DNA of 64,000 bases from Lytechinus pictus (taxonomy: Eukaryota). The position numbers were made by a program, and so were the translations under genes. The stretch's first letter is position 1; each line of letters begins with the position of its first letter. Location of the stretch: the NCBI RefSeq assembly GCF_037042905.1, contig NC_087245.1:13580001-13644000 (forward strand), read 5' to 3'. Positions 38,518 through 49,300 of this stretch are shown here, one piece after another. The notes under the pieces are model-generated. The model did no database searches. It was not told where the DNA came from and was given only the letters and a program-made list of their open reading frames with translations.

Positions 38518-41500
38518 TACTACTACTACGTACTACTACTACTACTCTTGCTACTATTATTATCATCGTCATCATCATCATCAATTTTAACATTATAGTG
38601 TCAATGAGACTTTAGGTTTTTATGTAAGATTTTCCTCTACCCAGCCAGATTCATTCGGCATGGAAAGTCAAAGTACCATTATAATTTATTGATTTAATTT
38701 GATTTGAATTGACTTACACAATCATGTACTTTACGATTTTGCTAATGATAATGGACGTTGGATTGTTTTTCTTCAAAATATCTAATTATAATACTGTATT
38801 TGGTTTCTAATGCTATATGATTCAATATTGTTGCTTCAAGATCCAAACATACTCAATGAACTTTTTAATACTACATACCTTGGACTGGATGCTGACAGCG
38901 TGTGTGTATTTGAGTTGTGTCAGACGTGTATCAATCAGATATGATTATTTACGTCTGGGACCGACCTTTAACGTCACCATCCGAAAGACGTGACCAGGAC
39001 TCGAACCTCTGCATCGATTTTGTAACTTCCCCACATAGCTTGGATTACAGGCGCACGCCACAACGCCCAGAGAGTGACCGTCCTTTTTAAATACACCGTA
39101 ATGTAAATGTAAATTAAACCACTTGCGAACATAATTATGGGTGGGGCCAAAAAGGTTTCACGTATAAGAAAAAAATGAGAAAAAATGGAAAAAGAAAGAG
39201 AAAATGTTGAAATACGATATCACTTTCTAAATTTCAAAATATTTCACAATCATTTTTGTTGTAAAAAGGTCAAAAGTTTTGCTCGTTCGCTTTGCTTACT
39301 CGCAGAATTTAGACATTTTATTTCATACGCTATATTTTATTTCATACCTAAGGAAATACACAATATAGTCTACTTCTATTATCTCTCCTAAGCCAGAATG
39401 ACAGTGCATATGGAACAAATCTGTTTTCCTTGGACCCTATATACATGTAGGAATCTCCAAATAGTGGAGAGATCAGCTAAGAGAGAGATCTACTGGCCCC
39501 TCAATATTTTTGGTTCATTATACGTTATTGATTGAACCTACTTGTACTGATGGTGGAACTTGTATGATCTTGAACTCATAACTTACTCGGAAGCAATTGT
39601 AATGACTACATTTATATATGTTCAATAATATCGATCTCTTGTGGCAGATGGACTCAGAAACGAGAAAGATCTTTAAGGCATTTCACAGGGTACTGTACTC
39701 TATCCACTGATGTTCTTGTTGTTCATCAAGGACTTTCCAGACAATCTTTGCAGATCTGCAAATCTTTTTTTATTACGATTTTCATAAACGGCTGCTTCTG
39801 ATGAGACTTACAAAGTTTAGCATTCAAGGTCTTGGTCCGGGCTGAAAATATTTATATATAAATAAATAGAGTAAAATTCAAAGAGCAAAATGCTGAAAAT
39901 TTCATAAAAATCGGATAACAAATAACGAAGTTATTGAATTTTAAATTTTATCAATATTTTGTGAAAACAATTATATGCACATCGTCAGGAATATTCATTA
40001 GATGGGCTGATGATGTCACGTCCCCACTTTCCTTTTTCTTATGTTATTTATTTCAGTTTTATTTACGCAGGGTAGCCCTTTCAGTTATAGAACTGATTTA
40101 CAAAGAGGCCCTGTTATTACATGAAATCACAAATGTTTCATTTTTTCATTCATGTGTAAATGATGTGTCTCCATTATGATGAAATAAGTTGCGACAATAA
40201 ATAACTAATGAACCTAATCAGTTGTCAACCATTTAGTTCTTGGTAGCAAAATTTTTAATAAACCTTATTTCATATAATATATACAAAAGAACAAGTGGGG
40301 ATATGAAATCATCAACCCACCTAATGAATATTCATGAAGACATGCCAAGAACTGTTTCACAGGAATAATGCAAATCTTTAAATTCAACAACTTTGTTATT
40401 TGTAATCCGATTTTGATCAAATTTTCAGCATTTTGCTCTGTTAATTTTACTCTATTTAATAAGATATAAATATTTCCAGCCTGGACCATCCCTTTAATCA
40501 ACTTGAAGACTGGTAGAACTGATCGAGCTATATAGGTCTTTCAATACAAATGTTTTGTCGTCAAGAAAAGGGTCCATCAAACTTTCTGCAGGTTATATCT
40601 TCAAGAAGTTAGCTCTCATTCCTATGACCTACAGTTTAATGTGGACTTCTGCAACAAGTAGAGATATGACTCTCATTCCAGGATATTTACCTCTGAAACC
40701 GATAAGATGACTGGCTTGCTGAGAAAGTGGAAGAAGCTATATAGTTTTTAAGATCCTTGCCATGGTAATAATGATGATAGTAGTGATAATAAGAACAACA
40801 ATAATAACAATAGTAATAATGATATGATGGTGATTCTCTATGGCCCTCTTCCTTATTATTTACTAACGAGCTCCGCGGAAGAGTATTCGACTGTCATTTG
40901 TTATGTATTAAAAAAAATCATTTGCTAAGGACCAATAAACATTAAGTGCTGTTATTTGGTAAAGGGATTCGCTACTTTCTAACCCAAGTAATCTCAAACC
41001 ATTATACCAACAAGTCCTTTGCTCTATATATGATGTACATATAGTTAGTGGTTTGACTTCCATTCTGACCAATTGCGAGTTAACATTATATGAATATATA
41101 TGGACTATCTTAATATTCACATCACGCTTTAAGCAAGTTATATAATAAACTACTTTACAATTTGAATAAAATGGCAGTAAGGCTTAACATTTGCAAGTCC
41201 TGAAAAACAAGGAAATCATGAATAAAAATAATATTTACATCGCATCGTTACATATCAGAGGCGGATCAAGGATTTCCCAAGGGGGGGGGGGTGCATTTCT
41301 GTTCAGAAACAAAGGTCTTCACTCCCGATTAATGGTGGTTTATGTAAGCATGCATGACATTTTCCATTAACAATATTTTATTTGGCTCTCAAGGGGGGTC
41401 ACTGGCCGAATATGCCCCTACCTGGTCCCGTCACTGTTACATGATAGTATTTTACTTCCTCTACCGTTTCTTCGTCTCTTTCTATTCTCTACAACTTCCT

Positions 41501-43307
41501 CTTATGAAGTCAGATGATGACTCTATCTAGCATATGTATTTGAACCTGATGAATGGATGACTTCTCGTGTTTTATTTGATTTTCTTTACTCATATTAACT
41601 TATTCTAAAATGAATTCGTCATCCTTATCAAGGATTAGAGTTGTTATTTAATATTTTGTTCATCTTAAATTAAGTGTCAATTTACAATATTGTGAATAAA
41701 CGTCAATTCATTGTAGCATCCAAACATTGGTTTGGAACTTTTGTAAAGCAATATTAATCAGTGATAAGTGTAGGCCCCCCGACATGTTTGAAATTTTCAG
41801 TTTCCCATTGCAGCGTGGAGCGTTGTGGCCCAGTGGATTAGTCTTCTGACTTTGAAATAGAGGGTCGTGGGTTCGAATCCCAGCCATTGCGTAATTTCCC
41901 GGGGTAATTTCCTCAGCAAGAAATTTATCCACATTGTGCTGCACTCAACCCAGGTGAGGTGAACGTGGGTACCCGGCAGGATTAATTCCTCGAATACAAT
42001 ATGAGCGGTGAAAGGCAGCTCGAGCTAAAGCCGGGGTAATGATAATAATAACAACGCGCCTTGGAATAGAATATTTCTAGGTAGATGGCGCTATATAAAT
42101 GTATATTATTATTATTATTATCATTATTATCATTAGTATTATTATCATTATTATTATTATTATTATCATTATTATTAGTATGTATATATACATGTATACA
42201 TGTACCTTCGCAATGTGTTATTCTTCTACAAGTTTCCCCAAATCATGTTAGAAGATCAATAGTCCACTACACATGGATTGGATTGTATAAATAAACATAA
42301 TGATATCAAATACAAACTTATTCTGGAAAATTTTATATTTCTTAATCAAACACACAGACAAGCTCTTCGACAAATAGTGAGAAAAAAAAATGAAGAAATC
42401 CTTTACCGTTGAACCTTTACGTGACGTCACAATAACTTCACGGTACAGGTATTACCTCATTTATTCCTCCTGTTCCTAAACAACACTCAATGTGGGTCTA
42501 CAATACCTTACACTATTGTACACTACTGCACGCTTGGCAAAACAGAAATGTGGGTTAAATACAAACACTTTATAAGATAATATTTCATGATATATAAGCT
42601 CTTATTTTTCACAAACACATCTCATGTGTATGCGGGCTCTAATTAAAAGGCAATGGGAGATATATTGTATTTTATTGGTATGAATTTGAGAGCAAATTAG
42701 CGTATTCCATATGCAGTATAAAAAAAAAAGGGGGGGGGCACCTTCGTCACATTTGGTATTTCAGGTAACTGAAATGTCTTTCATGAAAACTTGCTGTTCA
42801 CATTTTTCGATATTCATGAACAATCGAAGTATTCACATTTCTCTCTATGCTCCTATAAAAAAAAATATGTAGCTACTCTAAGCTCCACCATCTATCCATG
42901 TAATACATCACTAAGAGGTTTTTTAAAAGATTTTTTTTGGGGGGTCAAAACATAATTTTAGATTTTATCATTACATCCATTCAAAACGAAAGATTCAACA
43001 TTCGAAGAGCCAAGAAATGTATAAGATAAAAACGTTATTATATCCAAATGAAAACAAAGTATACGAATAAATTTAATATTACATTATTCTGAGCTATCTT
43101 GAAATGTACAGTATATATGACAATAATAATGGTAATGATGGTAATGGTAATAATAGTAATAGTAATAATAATGATGATAATAATTCTAAAAGTAGTAGTA
43201 GCCGTAGTAGAAGAAGAAGAAGAAGTAGCAGTAGTAGTAGTAGTAGTAGTAGAAGTAGTAGTAGTAGTAGAAGAAGAAGTAGCAGTAGTAGTATACATGT
43301 AGTAGTG

Positions 43308-43390
<83 letters not shown>

Positions 43391-46300
43391 AGTAGTAGTA
43401 GTAGATGACAATGATAATGATTATAATAGTAAAGCGTTCAAGGAAGACAATAATCTTTTTAAAAAAAGTACCCTGTACCATAATTCATGTTTCCAAAAGT
43501 CATTATTCAAATATAAATTATATTTCCCTGTAAAAAAAAAATAACTTTTTATGTCAAATATCGAATTGATAAAAAGTTTGTTTACATGTACATGGTGCAG
43601 TTTACGTGCTTTGGACCGCTGTATGACGTCTTCGTGTAAAACTAAAAAAAAATCGGCTATATTGTTTGTTCGACAATCGCTTGAATACATTTTGGAAAAT
43701 TGTTTTAAAAAAAATGTACTCCCAAAAGTACAACGGAGTAACACAGAGACCAGCATAATGTAAAGTATGTGCTGACAGACAGTTAACTAGATAGCGAAAT
43801 AGATACCTATACATGTAGATAGATAGACAGACAGACATATAAATAGATAGAAGGATAGAAGGATAGAGAGTTTCATTCAATTTTCTTCATCTCATCCTTC
43901 CTTTCCACTCCCTCTCTTTCCTTTTTCCTTCTCTCTTTTTTTTTTCTTTATTTTTTTGCGCTGCCAGTGGGGGGAGGGGGGGGGGGGCCACTTCGCCCCC
44001 TGGATCCGCCTATAGATAGAGTACATGTATATGGACACTTACAGCGTAACAAATATCTTCGTCTTTTGCAACTTTATGATCTTATATTTAGAAACCATCA
44101 TTATAATTCTAAACAAATTTAATGCTCAATCCTTGTTTATTTGTGTTCCCTTTTGCCGATTTTTTAAAATTATTCTATAGTGTTATTCGAAATTATGTAA
44201 ATACTTACCAAAAAAGTTTTAAAATCCAATCGTTACAGACATGAGATGATTTTTCGATTTCTTTTAAGTGTTATGGTATATTCCAATGACTTGTAAGACA
44301 TTATGCTATTGTCTCATCAATACATGCTTTCCAATGTCATTGCATTGGCGTAAACAGGGTAATAGGGAATGAAAGACGTGTATATCCTACTACACTTTTC
44401 AATAGAAGTTCTGAAATATAATAGCAATGCAGGGGAATATTTAAAAGGGGGACAGAAAAGAAAAAAAAAAGGAAAATGAACAGGTTTATACTTGCAGGGA
44501 CAAACAGTGTATGTTTGTAAAATGGGGAGGGTGGGCCTGTCCTCTGTACCCCCATCTGCACAATCGTGTATAAATCAGTAAGACAACCTGAGTTGCAATT
44601 TATACAACGGTTCAATATTTATTTGATATTGGGATTGAATTGATGGGATTACGATGGAATTTTCTTTATTATTTGATTTTGATTATTAGGGAAAATATAG
44701 CCTATAAAAAAAAAATCACATTTGCACGACTGTTATAAGGTACATGTATATCAACTCTGCAATGCCGAGTCTGCATTATGCATCTCGACATTCCAAAATT
44801 TGAATATTAAAAGCAAATCATCACATTCCGAGCATATTTTAAGACCGGTGCATTGATATTTCATTCCGTATGAACCAAATCACTCTGAGAATTAAAAGAG
44901 TGAACCATGACCCCTTGACAAATATTTCGTAAAACATCAAAGAGCTTTGCTTCCGAAGAACCGTGTGTATAGCGTATTCTGTATGAACGAATTCAAAAAG
45001 ATAATGGTATTTGAAAAACTGAGCAATATCGGGACCAGATTTCCGCCGCCTGTCCAACTGAGGAGTCTCTAGGTTGCATGTCATTGCACCGCTCCCGTCT
45101 CTTAACATAATTTTTACGCGTTCTTAAAGTCAGATTTTTTTTTAAATGTATAAGAATATGCACAATAAAGTTATTTAATTCTATTATATTTTGGATTCGT
45201 CCTGATGGAAATACAAAACAATCCAAATCCAACCCTCATCAGGTAATTTCCTTATGAAATAGAAAGATGCTTATTTTATAAACCAAAATTTGTTATAGAA
45301 TTTTATCATGATAATTATGGTTCTTGTATTTCTTATGATAAAAACCAATTTGAAATATTTTTTTTTTTTTTTTTGTAATTCATGTTTTATTGATCCTTTT
45401 CATCAAAATATACATAACAAAACATACATGATATAATGGATCACATATAAAAGTTCAGATGACGTTGGCATATAAAATAACATGTCTAACATACAGAATA
45501 GTATATAATAAAAAAAAAACATATGTTTGTATACAACAACACAAAAAAAAATCAGGCACTTGGCCTATATAAAAAAATAAATAAACATAACAAAAACAGC
45601 CTTCTGCTTTATCGCCTCTTTAAAGTATTCAGAATGATAGCCCACTTGCCATCATGTTTTTCTAATTTGCATTTCCTTTGTGCTATGGTATGTTCAACAG
45701 TTTCAAATGATAAAAGAAAGTTACAAAAATGGGGGAGAGTAGGTTTTGTTTCGTCACATCGACATCTAAAAATATATTGTTTACCTGACAGGAGCAGAAA
45801 GTTCAATATAAATATATATCTGGGAATTTGGGGCTTACAAATACCAAAAAGAACATATCTTTCTGAGAGGAAATCAGGAAGATCTAGTGAAGCAAAAAGT
45901 GTACCAACATTATTCCAAAATTGGTTAACAACATGGCAAGAATAAAAAAGATGCACTAGAGTTTCTGGTGATACTTTACAAAATGTACAAAGTGTATCAG
46001 TTACCTTGTTAATACGGAATAACCAAACCTTAGTAGGAATCAAATTATTAATAATCTTGAAATGTAAAGCTCGAAGTCTCGTATCTATAGTAGTACGTAG
46101 AGGTAGTTTTAAGAGTTCTCTTACTTCTTCTTGTTGAAACCCATAAGTGTCTTTTAAACGTGTAAATATATTCGAAATTGATGGGTTATTTTCATTCATA
46201 AAAAATGTGTAAAAAATATACTTTGGTACACCCGTTACTTCTCTAGTGATGCCATCAATAGTTAAAGTTGGAATCAATGAAATGTTGTCGACAATGGGAT

Positions 46301-49300
46301 GAAAGTTTTGAGATAGAAAAAATACTTTCCATTTTGATGGCATAAACTTGTAACAATCAAGAAGCAAAAAGTATTCAACAAATGTTAAGCCTTTATTTTT
46401 GGCATCTTTCCATCTTAATGGTCTGCCATACTCATCCAACATATGTGACACTTTAACAAAACCTTTGTTTTTTATCTCTGGCTTATAAAAAGATTTTCCA
46501 TTTTGTAATATGCATCTATTATTCCATAGCATTTGGTTACATATTTTTATGTTTTTTTGAAATACTGTGCTCCAACTAAGCATGACATCTTTATACCATT
46601 CAGGAATTGTCAGGTTTAAAATATTAAGATCATAATTACAATGGAATATAAAGTCACCACCTACATTTTGAAGCAGTGTTAACAGGATAATCTTCCATCC
46701 CTTTGAATTGGATGTAAAAACTCTTTGTATCCACTTGACTTTTTGCACTTGTAGAAGAGATTTTAAGCATATCATTTTGAGCCCCCCATCTTCATACTGC
46801 TTAACAAGTATCTCCCTTTTGATCCTGTCAGGGCCGTTCCAAATGAACCCAAAAACTAACTTATTAACTTCTTTTATATAATAATCTGGGATTTTTGACA
46901 AACTTGCAAGGTAAAGTAATTGCGAAAAGGCAAAGGTTTTGACAATTTGTATTTTGCCTATTAAAGATAAATGACGAGATTTCCATAAATTCAACTGTAC
47001 TCTAATTTTATCAAGTGTTCTTTGCAATTGTAAAGAAAAAACATTGGGTGAATAAGCTATATCTACCCCAAGAATTGTCAAAGACTTCTCAAACTGGATA
47101 TTCTCTAGTGAATGTTGATTATCTTTACAGGCTCCTATCCACATTGCCTTTGTTTTGAAAATATTGATAGAGAGTGATGATTCCTTTCGGAAATTCTGAA
47201 GTGTATTCAAAAGGTGTCTAAATGAAATATTGTCTGAAAGGAAAACCGTTATGTCGTCTGCATACAGCGACAATTTCAATTCTAAATTGTCCGATATTTT
47301 TAAACCATGTATTGTCTTGTTTTCACGAATATTTATGGCAAATGTCTCTATAGCTAAAACAAATAAATAAGGACTCAATGGGTCTCCCTGCCTAACACCT
47401 CTTTCAACGGGAAAATAACCCGATGACAGACCCCGATTCATTACCGCGCTTTCTAAATTGGTATATAAAACTTTAATAAAGTTACAAAATCCTTCTCCAA
47501 AATTGAATGATCGGAGGACGTTCAACAAAAAAGAATGGTCTAGTGAATCGAATGCCTTTTGGAAATCCAAACTTAATAATATTCCGGGAATATTTTTCAA
47601 GTCGGAAAAGAAAAGAGCATCTTTAACTGTCCTGACAGCTTCTCCAATAAATCTGTCCTTTATAAATGCTACCTGATCGGGGTGAATCAAATCAGGCAGA
47701 ACTTTCTTTAATCTTTCTGCAAGAGCTTTAGAACCAATTTTCAAATCAACATTCACTAGAGTGATGGGTCGGTAATTTTCGATTAACATTTTGTCTTTCC
47801 CTTTCTTTGATATGAGTGTAATTAAACCTTGTCTTTGTGAACTAGAAAGTTGACCTTGTTGAAAACTGTAGTTAAGATTATCTACCAAAAGCTGTCCAAT
47901 TTTACCCCAGAACTTGCGATAGAATTCAACCGTTAGACCGTCGTTTCCCGGTGACTTATTTTTTGACATAAGTAATAGGGATGATGTACATTCCTCTAAC
48001 GTTAACGGCAAGTCACATTTACTCTTGGAGTCCGAGGATAACTTTGGAATATTTTCTTGTCCTAAGAATAAGGAGTTTTGCCTCGAGTCGACATTAGGCT
48101 TTTTATATAATTGTGTATAGAATGATTTTATTTCTGAATTAATATTTTTCATATCTGTAAGTATACAATCGCCTTGCTTAAGTTTAAAAATTGACGATTT
48201 ATTTTTGTGGCCTTTTTCTAAATTAAGAAAAAATTTAGTATTTTTCTCCCCAAATTCCATCCAATTTGCTTTAGACCTTAATATGATGCCTTGTGTTATA
48301 TAATCTAAATAAGACTCATATTCTCTTTCAATCTTTTTATATTCCTCAGCATGCCTTTCACCCTCGGAATCCAACAGAAATTGCAACCTTTTTAGCCTGT
48401 TTTCCAGTTCTCTTCGCCTTTCTTTCCTTTTCCGTGCCTTTTCAATACTGTATTTACGTGAAAATAGGCGAATATTATACTTGAGAAATTCCCAACCTAT
48501 TCTCATATCATCAAATTGTGAAATATCTTTAATCCACAGATCTAAATTTTTCGTCATTTCAGAACAAAACACTTCATCCTCGCATAGGGTGTTATTAAAT
48601 TTCCAATTCATAGCATTACATCTTGTTTCTTCTTGTACTTTAAATTCTAAAATAATAGCCAAATGATCAGAACCCACTCCGGGTATCATATCTACCTTGC
48701 TGATATAATCCTGCAGGGTCTCGGAGACAAACCAAATATCTAATCTACTTTGGATTAAAGGCCGCAATTGTTTCCAAGTATATTTACGCGTGATGGGGTT
48801 ACGTACACGCCATATATCAATGACATCTAAATCACTCTGTAATTTTTTAAGTTGACTGATTACTGCCTGCGAGGTTGTTGGATGACCACCTTGTCTGTCA
48901 ACATTCATGTTTAAAATCACATTAAAATCGCCCCCAATTAATAGAGGAGTAGTCCCAATATCATCAAAAGAATTTAAGGTACATAATAAATGGTCAAAAA
49001 ATATTTTTTGTTCACGTTTCTTATCAGCTGTTGGTGCATAAACGTTACAAATTATAAATTCATTGCCGTCTATAATAATTCTTAAAACCAAATATCTACC
49101 ATTACCTGAAACATGTTTAGAAATGATTTTATAATCTAGTTTTGAATTGATAAGTATCATGACCCCACTACTATGAGGAGATCCGTGACAAAAGAGTACA
49201 TCACTGCCCCATTCCGAAGACCAACTACTTTCTACGTCTTCTGAACTATATGTTTCTTGTAGGAGAGCAATGTCGATTTCTTTTTCTCGTAACCAACCAA

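Noticed and set aside
39036..39070. Human Alu contamination or a true 7SL RNA gene
   Set aside because: Similarity stops after ~40 nt. There is no S domain or Alu dimer, and the body is shared with other local repeat copies.
41816..41890. tRNA gene
   Set aside because: The tRNA-like head continues into a SINE body and (TTA)n tail, and the acceptor stem is imperfect.
43038..43544. Poly-T/Y/V/S/L ORFs (also 38384-38593 and 42085-42294)
   Set aside because: They are translations of trinucleotide microsatellites.
44839..45232. Short duplicated ORFs (MLRDGSG..., MDLDCFV...) as genes
   Set aside because: No recognisable motifs; they appear twice only because of the target duplication.
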